Shown here: positions 12,868-27,366 of the stretch, piece after piece
How the letters are laid out: every line of letters starts with the position of its first letter
Numbering within the stretch: position 1 is the first letter of the stretch
NCBI GenBank assembly: GCA_028023455.1
Contig: JAQFVV010000005.1
Coordinates: 10,912,001-10,976,000 of the forward strand
Reading direction: 5' to 3'
Source of the DNA: Epiperipatus broadwayi
Taxonomy: Eukaryota > Animalia > Onychophora
DNA length: 64,000 bases
Made by a program: the position numbers and the translations under genes
Notes under the pieces: generated by a model
Seen by the model: only the letters and a program-made list of their open reading frames with translations
Told to the model about the DNA's origin: nothing
Database searches by the model: none

Positions 12868-15050
12868 ATGAAATCATTTTTATTTTAATCTGTTAACTGA
12901 TTTTCATTTTTCCACAGTCTTTTGGTTGGCAAACCCGCTATTAAATCTAGGACAGATTTTATTTTATAGGATGACAATAGACAGATTATAAGACATTTTT
13001 ACAGCTATGTATTTATTCTACAACCTGATTGAAACATGACTAATAATTAAACCATCTTATAATCTAAACCAATGATCAAAAACCTTTCAATATTTATTAA
13101 TCATTTCAAATTCTTTTCTTTGAAGGACTTTACCTAATTCTTTGAGCAACTTATATTTCTGATGTCTCCAAATACTGATAACTAGCAATTGAACTTCAAT
13201 TGGCTCCCTTAGAATGCAACTGGAGAAAACAAAGAACAATAACTGATATTAATTTTCATCTTGTTTCCTTTGTCCTATCATATATTCCTACACACACAGT
13301 CTGATTTCTTGAATTAAAGCACCAAGTAAACTAATGCATTCATCTAACCCACCAATCAATGCTTTTTATTACTGAAATTTTAATTAGAATTTCCACTAAC
13401 CTGTAGTTTTTGAACTAATGCCAATATACTTATATATTTGTGGATATCTGACACAAAATGGATAATTATACATTTCAATGACCTCATTTTTATTCTAACT
13501 ACAAAGACCTTTTTTTCCTGCTTAGGAATGTTGCTTTCTAATTGAGCACCTCTCATTATACCCTAGTATCATCTATTATAAACTTGACTTATGAAATGAC
13601 TACCTGTAGCAGAGCAATTCCTCTCTGCAGATAATTTTCTGGTTTATGCTTTTAAGAATATGAGTTCATTAGTAAATGTCACTAGTCATTATACTGTACA
13701 AATGGCTACCTTTTACTTCACTTACAATTAACATCTAAAAATTCATTCACCAAACAATATGAAACCCCAGATGTTATTCAGAAATAAGATAAACTGGTAA
13801 ATAAAAGTATTCTTAACATGATGAATAAATAGTTAATTGCTCCTGCTGAGTTCATGGTATAGAGGTAGAATCTTGAATAAATCCAAAAATTCTTATATAA
13901 ACTCAAATTCCTTTTAAGTAACCATTGTATTACCATATAGTTATTTGGAGAGTAAATCAGCAACTCTAAATCACAAAAGTATCATCAACAAAACAAAAAA
14001 AAACATTAGAGGACATTTTATGGAGTATAATAAATTTTAATTCTTTTTTTATTTTCAAATAAACTTCATAGTAAAAATTACAAAAAAAAAATTAGTCAGT
14101 TAAAAGCAAATTAATAAAATAACAGCTGATTGGTTCATTACAAAAATAATCAATATTCATATCTTTTAGTATTTTACATAATAATGTTCTTAACAATTTA
14201 GGCATTATAATATTGTTACTCAACATAAAATGGTATACAATATTCCTCCATGCTATCTACAGTTTTATTTATCCACGATGCAAAAAAATATTACAGAAAA
14301 AGATTAGAAATTAATGAAAATGAAACTTTAATTCTCTAGTTCATGGTGCATGGACAATATTTACAAAAATCTTGTTAGCAGTTTTTTAATATCACATAAT
14401 TTGTAATGTATGGGGCAATTACTAAATAATTGTAAATCATGACTTTTAACAAATACCACAACATTTACTTTTCTTTTTACTACTAATAGTAAACATATTA
14501 TATAAACAGCAATTTATACTTATGATGTATGAAAAATCCTACGATCAACTTAAAAACAGGTAAATCTCAACATATTAATGTGCAAAATAATATAGAATTA
14601 TATAAAAATAGTTTTATGACATTTTACTTAACAAATTATTAGTGATTACTAAAGATGGAATTATTAAAACTGATAGAAAATATAAAACAAAATTATGCAA
14701 AATTTAGTGTTAGATATTTATTGAAATCTTTGAAGATTTTTCATTAAACAGGAAGACAAAGAGAACAATGAAGATGTTAAACAACTTGCTTTTCAACATA
14801 AAAAATGCACAGCAACAAATACACAATAAACATCTCTGTACAGAAATTGTCTATGGATCTGCATATATTTCAAATACATGTAATTTCTTTATTAAACAAC
14901 TCCTTCATAGTCATGAGTATCACTAATTCATCATGTCTATTTGTCAATGCTTATGAAATCATTAAAATAGATGGTATTGATTCCCTTTTAAAGTCTAGTT
15001 TTATTTTTTTCATTGCTTTGCAATAAGAAAGTAGTTATTTTGTTCATGAT

Positions 15051-15207
15051 CACATGATCACCATTTCTTATGCTTGTACATAACTGTTATTAACACAAGC
15101 AAAATTCTCCATATGGTAGTGCCACTCAGTGCCAGCCAGAGTTCTGACATCCATTGATTACTCTGGCTGGCACTGAGTGGCATTACCATATGGAGAGTTT
15201 TGCCTGT
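15051..15207 (-). mobile_element. Family A derivative, centre (ribozymes) deleted, near-perfect hairpin
   Basis: ~50-bp arms around a 19-nt loop; 17-bp TSD with 2 mismatches (gttattttgttcatgat / gttattttgctaatgat); same tail as 5359. Confidence 0.82.
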
Positions 15208-15479
15208 GTTATTTTGCTAATGATGATAATTCTTGCTGTAAATGTAACAAATTTTCATTAATTAATTAAATTTTATCAAAAACATTCAAGTCAATCACTA
15301 AAACTCTCAATAGTGACACTATTAGAAAAGTGATTAGCTTTATGATTTTGCAAAATATTTTTTTTTGTTTTCAAAATCATAAAAATAAAACTTAAATGCA
15401 ACAGTATTAACACAATCCTCCTGCGTTTTTTCTTTGTTTATTGAAATTCAACACAAGTGCATTTTATGTGAATATTAAT

Positions 15480-17190
15480 TTTATGATATGGCAAATCATG
15501 TCAAGAAGCAGCCTTATAATCTAAAAAATTATATGGAAAAATTGGTTTTAGCATGCAAGTTTCTTCATTTACATTTAATTTTTTGAAAAGTCACTGAAAC
15601 TGTAATTAGTTTTTTTCATGAGGTTTTATGTGGTTTATTAGATAACTTTTTAGAGTAAATTTTGTAATTATTGCTGCCATTCATAAAGAAATTTTTTTGC
15701 TCTATGAGTTCTCTATGCAGATTTAACCAAATTTTATGAGCTTTATAATCAAATAAAATGCAACGAAAACACTTTTCTCCTGTACAAGTTCTTTCATACT
15801 TTATCAAAGATGCTTTGACATTGATATGTAAGTTTACAAACTGCACGGAAAGGATTTTTCATCAAAATGACTCCCATATATTTTTACTCAAGCTTTCTGT
15901 GAAGCCTTATAATCACAGAAGCTCCGATTTAAAGATTTTTCTCCAGTATGAATTCTAAAATTTGCTTCTAAATTAGCTTTCTGAGAAGACAATTATAGAA
16001 GCTACAATTAAAAGGTGTTTCTCTACTATGTGAATGTTCACACAATTTAACATAACTATTAGACAAGACTTATAATTATAGAAACTACAATTTACTGAGT
16101 TTTTATCCAGTATGTTTTTTATACTATTTTAAATTAGATTTTTGACATTTTGTAATCACCGAAGTATTAATTAAAAGATTTGTTTCTAGTATGAGTTTTC
16201 AGTTTATTAAGGAACTTTTTATAGTTGCAAAATCATAAAAATGACAAAGATTTTATCTATTGTGAATTTTTTCATACTTTTAAACTATATTATCTAAAAG
16301 TATCTGGTAATGACAGAAATTACAATTAAAGAATGTTTTTTCCAGCAGAAGTTGCTTCGTGATGCATTAATCTAATTTACAGATCTATGAGTAAAGCATT
16401 TACCTCCATTATGAATCATTTTGTGCAGTTTTAACCTATTCTTTGTAGCAGTTCTATAATCAGAGACTGTAATAAGTTTTTCTATACTAGGAGTTCGTGC
16501 ATGCACTTAACCTGGCTATTTCAGTTTTGAAATTGCAAAACCTAGAAATAAAGTTTTCTTTTAATATGAGTTCTTTCATGCAATTTTAAAGTAGCATTTG
16601 TTCAAAGTCTTTTTGATTACACTACAATTTTTAAAAATGCTAATAATTAAAATATTTATGTCAACAAGTCATTTCATGCATTTTAACATAACTTTTAGAG
16701 AAATCTTATAATCACAGAAGCTGCAATTAAAGACTTTTTTCAATATCTATTTTTCATTCACTTTTAAATATGTTTGTTTAAAAATTTTGTAAGTTATAGA
16801 AATTGCAGTCAAACCTTTTTGTGTATTAATTTTTTAAAATTTTATTAATACAAAAAAATTTCCAGCAATTTTGAAATGACATAAATTATGATTGTTCTCC
16901 AATATGACATCTTACATATATTTTTTATAGAAACTGATTTGTAATTATGCGGTGTGTATTTAAAATGCTTTTAATGATTTCTGTCATGAATTTTTAAACA
17001 CTTTTTTCACAAGCTTTGTAATCACATGAATAGCAATGAAAAGATTATTACTCTATGATTTCATAGATATACTTTTAAATTATTTTTTACACAAGACTTG
17101 AAATCACTATTTGAGCAAATAATTGTGTAACTTGAAGCATAAAATATTTTCATCTGTATAACTTATTTTCCACAATTTTTTAAAAGTATT
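15480..17190 (-). pseudogene. C2H2 zinc-finger tandem array, pseudogenised
   Basis: RIHTGEKSLNRSFCDYKASQK, TGEKCFRCILFDYKA, DEKSFPCSL; the ttataatcacagaagc-like motif recurs about every 84 nt; many stops. Weaker remnants continue at ~18000-18900. Confidence 0.8.
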
Positions 17191-17192
17191 TG

Positions 17193-17797
17193 TGAGATAT
17201 TATTTTATATCGCGCTATGTTTTTTATGTAATAGTAATATTAGTGATTAAGCCAATGCACATGCACTTTAAAGATAAATTATAAATGAATACTCTCAATT
17301 TTTCCAGACATGAGATATAGTATTTTATAAAGAATGGAACGAATCCACCCATTCTTTCAACCCAAACGTTTATGTATGGGCAAATCTTAAGTGTCTGGAA
17401 AAATTGAGAGTATTCATTTATAATTTATCTTTAAAGCACATGTGCATTGGCTTAATCACTAATATTACTATTACATAAAAACATAGCACTATGTAAAATA
17501 ATATCTCATTATATATGTTTAATTTCAACTAAAGAATGACGTTTTATAAATTGTAAAGATTTTGCAAGTGTCATTTATTCAAATATAACAAATGTAATTT
17601 AAAGTGATTGTGTAACACCTTCATGCTCTTAATTCCACACACTTAGGATTTGCCCATACATAAACGTTTGGGTTGAAAGAATGGGTGGATTCATTCCATT
17701 CTTTCTAAAATACTATATCTCATGTCTGAAAAAATTGAGAGTATTCTTTTATAATTTATCTTTAAAGTGCATGTGCATTGGCTTAATCGCTAATATT
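17193..17797. repeat. Nested inverted + direct repeat (A-S-A'-X-S'-A')
   Basis: A 17193-17310 inverted at 17392-17508; S 17311-17391 inverted at 17642-17722; A' repeated from 17723 (331-bp period). Another copy at ~28960-29137. Confidence 0.92.
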
Positions 17798-17965
17798 GTG
17801 TGAGGATAGTAATCTAGATCAACTGATGATTGCTGGTTTAGCATGAAATACATATATTGGTGATTATTTATCTTTTCAACATGTGTGTGATCAGGTGGAT
17901 CAGCAATATGAGATGGCACTGAGGGTAGTAGGTCGTGTGAAAGTCTGAGTTTGAATCCCACCTAT
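17798..17965 (+). mobile_element. Family C hammerhead element, copy 1
   Basis: About 160 bp aligns with 57560-57720; contains a hammerhead and a 3' B-box-like GTTTGAATCCC. Confidence 0.75.
17818..17861 (+). ncRNA. Minimal type-I hammerhead, family C
   Basis: AUCAA-CUGAUGA-UUGCU-GGUUU-AGCAU-GAAA-UACAUA-UA-UUGGU; 5-bp stem I, predicted cleavage between 17856 and 17857. Confidence 0.78.
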
Positions 17966-19243
17966 ATTACATATATAAATGCAGGTTTAAGCCTGTGTGA
18001 TGTATTAAAGGTATTTATGTAAATTTACTTAAAATGACTCAATACAGATTTTGATAGATTTGCTTATGTGCAAACATTACTCTTCATTTTTAAGTGTAAC
18101 ATTAATGAGTAAAAAGTAGCAATAATTGGCAGCAATATTTTTTCAGCATACATTAATGTATCAAGAGATATTTTGTGGCAACTTCTCGGCTAGAAAATGT
18201 ATTTTCTCAAATGAAGACATTTTTATATTGTGCAAAACAGTTTGTAAAGAGAATTAATTTTATAAAATTAACTTAAAATTAATTTCATAAAATTAGCGTT
18301 TCTGTAATTAAAAAATATTTGTCTTTTATTATAAATATATGTAATGGCGTTGTACTTTTAGAAATTTTTGCAGGACTTTAAAAGCTGAATGATTCTTTAT
18401 ATTAGAATTACTTTTATCAAGATAAACATTTGAGAAACTTTATGTAATGATTAAGAATTAACATCAAGATTTAGATCTCTAAATGTATCCTAGTAAAATA
18501 ATATTTGTCAAAATTTAAAAGTTCACACAAAAATGCTAAATCATGTTTATGACTTAGAAAATTCTCAAATGCTTTTATCATTTTGATAATTAGAACCAAC
18601 AAACAATAATCAATATTTTTATGTATTTCAAAAAAAATTCTGATATTAATCACAATGATTGGAACAACTTTTATGATTATTCATTACATTCAAAATTTGA
18701 TTTAGTTATGTAACGTTTGTTTTATGACATCCCAAATTACAGAATTTGCAGTTTTTTAAATTGTATTAAATATATTAATATATCTTCAGAAATTTTTTTA
18801 ATACAATACTTATACAGAATTTATTATTTACATTAAACATTTACTAACACTGTAATTTAGCTGCACCCACTGATGTTTTGTAACTAATGACATTCTGAAA
18901 ATGTGTTATTATGTGTTTTTTATACTTGTACCTTGTAGTATAAAGACTCACAAATAACATATTTTACCATTAATGAAGTTTTTTGTTGACATTAGTAGCC
19001 AATTTAAAAGTATTTATTTTAGTAATTAAAATGTCCACTTATAAGATATACATTTCAAAATCAAAATATTTACAAATTATTCATTAAGTTTCCATTAATG
19101 ATAGTTTTTTTTAAAAAAAGATTAATGAATGATCTAATATTATCTTTATTTATGGACTTTTTATTTATGAATACATTCTTACATAACTTGAGATGTTTTA
19201 AAAAGAGGTTTTCAAATGAATTTTGTTGTCAACTTAAAACAAG

Positions 19244-19377
19244 GTGCTGATATAGTGTGGTCTCAATGCCATTTTGAATTTTAAAACCCACCCAAAAACC
19301 CCGCTGATACATCCAAGCAATAAATGATGTATCAGTGATAGTTTTGGGTGAGTTTTAAAATTCAAAATGGTGTTGAG
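19244..19377 (+). repeat. Fold-back derivative of a repeat terminus (MITE-like)
   Basis: Arms 19262-19313 and 19326-19377; linear homolog on the minus strand at 27877-27957. Confidence 0.82.
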
Positions 19378-19889
19378 CATGTAAAATATGAATTATGCTA
19401 TATGCCAAAAGATTATAACTTATAAAATATGAAATAGAGCACATTATTTTTACAAATAATAAAATTTTAGTTTTTTCTTACCAAAAATTCTTGGTTCGCT
19501 AATGTTGATCACTTAAAATCTATACAGGCTCTTTCAGAAATCAAAATGCAATTTACATTTGCTATAAGCCTATTAAAAAAATCAAAAGGCAATTTACGTT
19601 TTCTACTTTAAAAAAAAAAACAACCAAATTAATTACTTTTTATTAATATTAAAAAAATAAAAAAACTACATTTCATCAATATTTAAAAAATAAAAGATTT
19701 TCAACAGTATTTTAAGTTAAGAATATTAAACCCAGTTAAATCAAATCATGTGAATAAATACTTTGCATTAACCTTTAAAACGACAAAAAATTTTGTTTGG
19801 CTGAGTGAGTTAAAACTCTTTTGATTGGTCAATTACAGAATCAACAGTAAAAGTATATTCATCTTTTAATATTATTAAACAGGAAGATG

Positions 19890-20380
19890 TGATATGATGT
19901 ACTATGGCTTCTCTTTAAATTAAGTCAAAAATCTCTCAGCAATTATGCCCAGAGAAACCTGTTAGCCACTTTACCTTCCATTCCCCACTCTATGTTTTCC
20001 CATATTATGTTCCATTCCATTTCCACAACATAATCTTTGTCAACATTATGGCCTTTATATCTAAATCCCCTTTATCTTTTCCCAAACCCAGCATAAAAAC
20101 CAATAATCCACTTTCTGTATAAACACTTTTCTATTTATTCTTCAATAACTTCATTATATGTACCCTTTCTGTTTCTCAAGCATTTACATTCAATTAACAG
20201 ATACCTAATATTTTCTATTCCTTCCTTACACAATTTACAGACTAAATCACCCATATTTTTCCATTTACATGTATATTCTCTTGTTGCTAAAGATCTTGCT
20301 TGAGCCTTAAACAATAAACTACTTTCCTTACTATTATCATATATTAACTTGCACCTAATATTTTATTTACTTCTATATAT
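19890..20380 (-). mobile_element. 3' part of the LINE whose body is at 23072-26150
   Basis: Reverse complement matches 50335-50834, including the 3' UTR and (ACATC)n-like tail; continues the 23-kb piece exactly. Confidence 0.9.
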
Positions 20381-23071
20381 TGTAACGGTATGGTCGCATA
20401 TTGTGCCGGTCTGTAAATACATTTGAACACACATATCAACTTCATTAATCAGCTGGTTCGTCCACAATGTATAATTAACTTACATCCAATCTAAAAGTGC
20501 TAGTACACTTATTTTCATATCCTAAAGTTGATAGTGCCAAATGTAACAGTCTGGTCCATCCACGTATATAGGTGAAAGAGAACAAGCTCGCATCTAACTA
20601 CTGTCAGACCGAGGGTCTTCATGTAGGATGCTAGAGATAACATGATGAAATACCTGACTCATGATTACATCCATCTTTAAGAGACTAGCCTAAGCATTAT
20701 CGATCAAATCTACATGTAATTCAAATCAGTTCATCTCACATCTCACCACTCTTTTTCAAAACCGTTGCCTCAGATATTCAAACTCAGGAAGAATTTGCAT
20801 TCAACTCTCTTAACATGTATGCATCTATGCAAACTGCTAATCAACAACTAAAGTAATACATCCTATCTATTAGAAATAAATAACCTTTATTTAATAATCT
20901 CTCACATGCTTTTTAAACAAAATGTGGATGTGTGCATGTGTAAAATATTGGCTATAAGATGGAATGTAAATGCTGGACTGAATGTAAATGCTGGATCAAC
21001 AAAACTACAGAGATCTTGTTAATTAACAAAACTTTGTAATATTTATTTACAAAAAAAAAGATATATTCAAACATAAAATAAATTCCCAATCAATTTAAAA
21101 TAGAAAAATTTCAATAAAGAAAAATATTTACAAATGCCCATAAATTACTTGGATATCCCTATGACTTACAGTATTTATGTCTATGATGAGTATCTATCAT
21201 TTCTTTACTTACACAATTTAAAACTAACCACCCTTACTTCTCATGATAGACACCCATAATATAGACATCTATATATCCAAGATAATAAAAAAAATATTAA
21301 TTAAAAGTGAGATTGCTAACTCAATGTAAATTTAAATGCAACCTCAGATAGTATGCCATATCTAGTGTGGAAAAGTATAATAATAAAACAATACAATATG
21401 ATAGAAAAGAAAATTATAAAGAATACTATTTTAAAAGTGTTAATCATTTACTCATTATATCTTAAGAATACTATTAGTAACACATATATAATAAATAGTC
21501 ATGTCATGTTGTAGCATGATTTATTTCAGTGGCTTTAAAAAAAGAGAAAACTCTTACCATTAACTATTCTAGTGGAGCACTTGATTTTATGTGCATAGTT
21601 GATAACCAAATCTCTTGGTAGAAAATAAATCACCTAGATTTTATTAAAAAAAGAAAATAAACTTCTCAACCTTCCCCCTCCCCTACTCTCTTGATATTTT
21701 CTTATGTTGAACTATTTCCTGTTGAATTAGACATAGCACTTCCCAAATATAAGATCGAGATAATAAATAATAAAAAAATACAGATTTATACAATAGAAAA
21801 TAAAACATAATTTTACAATCTTTTATGAATCAATATGTTAAAGCATAATTATTTTTCAAAGTCCTCTTTACACAAAGTTTTTATGGTTTATGCATTTTTT
21901 ATTATAGATATTGAAGAACTCCTGATTAATTTTATATAGTGCATCCTGAATTTATTTAAGTTAGCAGTAGGTAGTTTTATATTACTCCTCACATAGAGTT
22001 TCATCTTGTGCAGATCCAACTTCTCAGGCATTTAAATTAGTAGACAGTTAAATATTAATAGTCATATGGCTATAGTGAATAAGAAAATGCTCCACCACAA
22101 CAATTAATCCTTTTAGCCAATGTAACTCATATTTTAATTATATATATAGCTTTATATAAATATATATGTGGTTTGCATTTAATAATATATTTATAAAATA
22201 CAGAAATCTATCGCTTGTAATATTGGCTATATAAACTTTAAATTAAATCAACTGTTTTGATTTCTTTTTTTTTAGTTTTTTTTAAACAAAAATCATAATA
22301 CTTTCTTTTTTTTAAATTTAAATTGATAAATTATTTTCACTTATCTGACTCTTGAATTAGAATAAGAAAATTCTATTCAGTTCCTCTATTTTTTTTCTGA
22401 ATGATGAATTAACTAGAAACATATTAATATTTGTTGAGACACTGCTTTAAAAAATGTCCATTTTGAAGAAAAAAAATTAAAATAAGTTCTAGTAAAACTT
22501 GACTTTTCCGTTCAAACACAGGACAAGAAAAAAAAGATTTTTAATTGTTTCCTTTTTATATCCGCATTATTCCTATTGTTTAAACCAGTGTTTCAGCATT
22601 GCATCTTTTAAAATATTTTTTTATATCGATTCATTAAAAAAAAAAGCAAATTATAAAATAAATTTACAACATTATATTATTCTCTCTTATATTCAGATAT
22701 TGATTTTTTTCCTATTGCTATAATTATTGTTTTTATTTAAGTCATTGTCAATTTAATTAACACAATACAACTATCAACATATATATATATATACAATTTT
22801 TTTTAATCAAAATTGATATTTTCTTAGGAATAAAATTTTATTACTAATATATATGTGTTTTTCATGGTAAATTACCCATCATTCCCAATACTTAATATAT
22901 AGTTAATATACTGATAAAAATATTATTAAAACATTTATTTTTTCCAAAAGTATTCTAGCAAAAACTTATTTTTATTTAATCTTTAGATGCTAATTAAATA
23001 AAAAAAAAAACAATCGATCATTTCAGATGGCTAAGGTTTGTTGTGGTAGCGATTTTGAAGCTACCTTCACA
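20381..23071 (+). mobile_element. LTR-like insertion (TG...CA, 4-bp ATAT TSD) splitting the LINE; LTR-like parts ~20381-20810 and ~23023-23071 around ~2.2 kb of unassigned DNA
   Basis: Starts TGTAAC, ends TTCACA; TSD deduced from the uninterrupted 50-kb LINE copy; motifs shared with 31662-31998. Confidence 0.6.
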
Positions 23072-26000
23072 ATATATTTAAACTCTTTTTACTCTCCATA
23101 CTAGTTCTCCATCTCTCTAATTCCTTATTTTTTATTAATAAATCTATTCTTTTATCTCATTCCTTACCACTATAACACTCAACAATCCTCCTAACACAAT
23201 CATCCCACCTTTTGTACAAATAAACTAATATAAATTCTTTATTCAAATCTTTTGCATAACGCATTACTTTTCTCACCCATCTTGTTACCTGCCCTTTACT
23301 CATAACCAATTAAATACTATTTTGGCTATTCTTTTATTATCCATAAACTGCAATCTACTAAACATTTTCATTTTACTTTTTGCATCTCCCATATAAAAAC
23401 TTGACCAACCCATTTCTCCTTCAATTGCCTCCATTGCTGTCTATACATTTGCATCCAATGCATACCTTCCTACTTTCCTTTGAACTTTTTCTAAGTAATA
23501 TAATACCCCTTTACTAACACATAATGCATCATTACCATATGTTAACCCTGCTACTGCAACTCCCTTCCATATAATTCTAGCTACATTATATTTATTATGC
23601 GAAAACACTGTTAATTTTTTTTATCAATCCCTTTCTTTTCTTTGCTTCATTTATCAATTTTTTCTCCCATTCATCCAAACAATTTTTCTGATTACTTAAA
23701 ATAATTCCCAAATAACTATATCTATTCACCACACTTAACTTAATATCTCCCAATAAAAATTCTACATCTTCTCTTTCCCCAGTATTAACCATCATTATAT
23801 TTGATTTTTCTTCACTAAATTTAATCCCCATCTCTTTACCCACCCTTGCACATATCCTCAGCATAACTTCCATATCTTCTCTTCTTTCTGCACACAAAAA
23901 CATATCATCCGCAAAAAAAGACCTGATAATATATATACTCCCTTACCACCTATTAACAGTATCTCTATCCCTCTTCCTAATTTTTCTATTGCTCTTTCCA
24001 TTTCACTCAAATACAACACAAACAAAATAGGTGATATATGGCATCCTTACCTTAGTCCCACTCCATTTTTAACTTTAACTGATTCTATAATTGATATATA
24101 TAATAATTATTTTCATATATTTTTTTAATAATATCCACTAAAGCTTTATCCATTCCCAAATTTGCTAAACGTATCCATAATATATTTCTATTTACTCTAT
24201 CATATGCCTTCTCTATATCTATAAAACTCATATATAACTGTCTACCTGAATTCCTACTCATATCCATAAGTTGTGTAACTACAAATAAACTATCTCCTAA
24301 ATGCCTATCTAATATAAAACATCCTTGCATTTCTCTCACTACATCATTTCTTTCCATTCATTTTACAACTCTTCTAGCCACCATATATGAGAAAACTTTA
24401 TATAAAACTGATGTTACCGCTATCGGTCTATAATTATTTAACTTTCTATGATTCTTACCCTTTCCTTTAAATATCAATCTTACTCGTGTATTACTCCAAC
24501 TACTCGAAAAAACTCTATTCTATGCCATCTTATTAAAACAGGATAATAACTTTACTTTAGCCCTATATCCTAAATTCATTACCATCTCTGCTGCACATCC
24601 ATCTAAACCTCTTGCCTTTCCACTTTTCAATTTCTTCTCTACCTCATTCAGTTCATTTTTTGTAAATCTAATATTCACATTACTATATGCTTTCATGTTT
24701 TCTATCACTCTATCCTTTGCATCTAAATCTTCTCTAGAGATACACTCTATTCCCTCATCATCTAGTAATACTATCTCTCTCCACCCCTATATTTCTCCTT
24801 TTAATGTAATTCCAAAATTTTTTATTCCCATCTCTTCCACTTTTATTAATATCCTCCAACAATTTACTATTAAATTTCATTCTCTCTATTTAATTATCTA
24901 TTTTAGCCAACATCTTCTTTTCTAAGTACTTTTCCCATTTAGCATTAATATCTTTTTCACTTTCCTTGTTCTTAATAGCACACTTATATTCTCTGCATGC
25001 TTCTTCCCTCTCTTTTACATTTTTACTACTTCTCATTTTTTATTACTTTTATTCTTCTGAATATTCTCACCTAAAACCTATTTGCCACTTTTACACCAAT
25101 CCTTATACTCATTCCCAACAAACTCTTCAATGATTTCTTCAACTTGTTTTTATACTCTTCCAACTTATTCTTATCGTTCACTCTCCATCCATATCTTTCA
25201 CTATTATTTCTACTTTTATTTCTATTCTCCATCACATTACAACCATTTCAATTACAATGAAGTTATGATCATTAGTGCATACTTTTTCTTCATTATCAAA
25301 CACCTTAATTTTCTGCATTTTATTCATTCCCTCTTTCTCTACCAATACATAATCTATTGTGTGAAATATATTATTTCTAGACCATGTGCATTGTCCCTCA
25401 TAAATATTTAATAAATTTCCAATACTAAAATTCACTTTCTGACAAATTTTTTTCAAAAGCTGTCCATTTTTATTATCTACATCATCAAATTCCTCAATAT
25501 GTCCATTCATATCCCCTATAACTATTATTCTCTTCCTTTTTTAAAAAAACTTTGTACAGTATATCCTTAATTAGACATTCATATATGTTACTGTTCAATT
25601 CCAGTATAATTTGACTATTTCCAGTGGCTATATAAACTATAGCCACCATCCATTCTTGTCTATCCAACCTTATTTCAAACCACAAATGTTCTTGACACTT
25701 AACAATATTTAAATATTTTTTGATATAACACCTATACCACCATTTCTTTTTTCTTTTCTATTTATACCCTGCCATACCAACTGTTCCAAAATATGTTCTT
25801 CTTCTTCTCTTAGATGTGTTTCCACTACTGCTAATGCCTCAAGCTATTTTCAATTGTTTTATTTAATTCCATCCACTTTTCTGGTCTCCTATCACCTTGC
25901 ATATTCAAAACTCCAATTTTAACAATTTCTTCTTTCCTAATTACTCTTTTATAATTTTTTTCTTTTCCATTACATTTATAAATAACTTTCTTACCATTAA

Positions 26001-26150
26001 TTTTACAAACCCATTCCTTCTCCATATCTATACTTTTATCTAAATCAAATTCCTTTTCCTTATTTCTTACATTCCATCCATTTTTTCTTTTTGATAATAT
26101 TGCAATTTAAAATCCCACCCCACTTTATAAGTTTCCCGAAATATATTCTT
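23072..26150 (-). mobile_element. Non-LTR retrotransposon ORF2 (APE endonuclease + reverse transcriptase), frameshifted; clade uncertain
   Basis: APE motifs LNMQG, VETHL, GDMNGH, TIDY, NDH; RT motifs KARGLDG, FIDIEKAYD, FFADD, YSYLG. Confidence 0.93.
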
Positions 26151-26154
26151 TATA

Positions 26155-26503
26155 AATTCTCCAACCAGAGTAATCAATGGATGCCAGAAGGCTTGTGCAT
26201 AAAATCCCCATCTAGTGCCTACTCATTCAACATCTCAGTCTAGTTTCTGGCTTGTGGCCTTTGTCAGTGAGGAACCTTGGATCTTAGGATCTAATGCAAC
26301 CCTCCAGCAGCCACCTTTTATCTCTACTTAACTACAAAACTATGAGAATGAAATTGAAAACACAATATTATTTTCAATCTAAGCTCAGTAGATTATATAG
26401 TCATATGGGTCTGAACTCAGTTCAGCACCCATACATTTTGGTGTCTTTGGCTCTTTAACAACCTAGCCACCATGTGCTAGCATAAGAGATGGTGATCATG
26501 TAA
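26155..26503 (+). mobile_element. Family A element, partially deleted
   Basis: Antisense arm, spacer, start of the sense arm and tail (ggtgatcatgtaa) collinear with the reverse complement of 5359-5882; no clear TSD. Confidence 0.78.
26234..26272 (-). ncRNA. Hammerhead motif, family A (G8A and U16.1A changes)
   Basis: CCUCA-CUGACAA-AGGC-CACAA-GCC-A-GAAA-CUAG-AC-UGAG. Confidence 0.55.
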
Positions 26504-26724
26504 CTTTTAATATTATATTGATTTTAGTTTCATTTGTAAAAAGTATATTAATAATTTATCAGATTATAAAAGTGAACGAAAGTTTTTTCAAAAATAAATT
26601 TCTATTTATAATTATAAAAATATTTGATATCGGAAGACCTAAAAAAAAAACTCAGTAACAAATCAAAAAGTGTTGATGACATCATTGATTTCTTCTCAAT
26701 TTACGTTTGTGTAAAACTAAAGAA

Positions 26725-27200
26725 TTTTTTTACTAAAATCTTACTATTTTCCTAAAAAAATTTATATTTTCAGAATATTTTACCAAAATACATTATAATA
26801 TGTAAACAAATGCCAGCAAAATATTCTAAAACATTAAGTTTCTACTTGAAAATCAAATAGAGCTTGGGGCAATGTAAACTGTCAAAATTGTTAATAGTGC
26901 TGGTTTCTTTTTCAATTTACGTTCCTGAAAATTAAATTGAGAGAGTGCAAACCTCTCAAGCGCTTGTGACTATTAGTAACCAATCAGATCTTAAGCACTG
27001 GGACAGAGAATTTAACAAGAAAAGAGTGGTTCCTGTAAAAGTATACATTTTTTTACTAAAATCTTACTGTTTTTCTAAAATAATTACGTTTTCAGTATAT
27101 TATGAAAATAATTTATAATATGTAAAAAAAATACTAAAAAAAAATACTCTAAAACATTTATTTTCATTTTGAAATGCAAAACAAAGTACTTGGAGCAATG
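26725..27200 (+). repeat. Diverged ~150-bp direct repeat
   Basis: tttttactaaaatcttact...gg(g/a)gcaatg at ~26725-26875 and ~27048-27200. Confidence 0.65.
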
Positions 27201-27366
27201 AAAAATTATGGACCTGCCTTTTTTTTTTTTTTAAATGAGAACGAACCAATCAGTTTCGAGAAAAACCTGCCCTCTACCTTTGAAGTCTAAATGTTAAATT
27301 TATTGATTTTTTTACTTGTAAAATAATACTAGAGAGGGCAGCATCTTACAGTACTCTTTTTTATTT

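Noticed and set aside
27250-27290. GAG...CUC-GAAA on the minus strand
   Set aside because: No CUGANGA core upstream.
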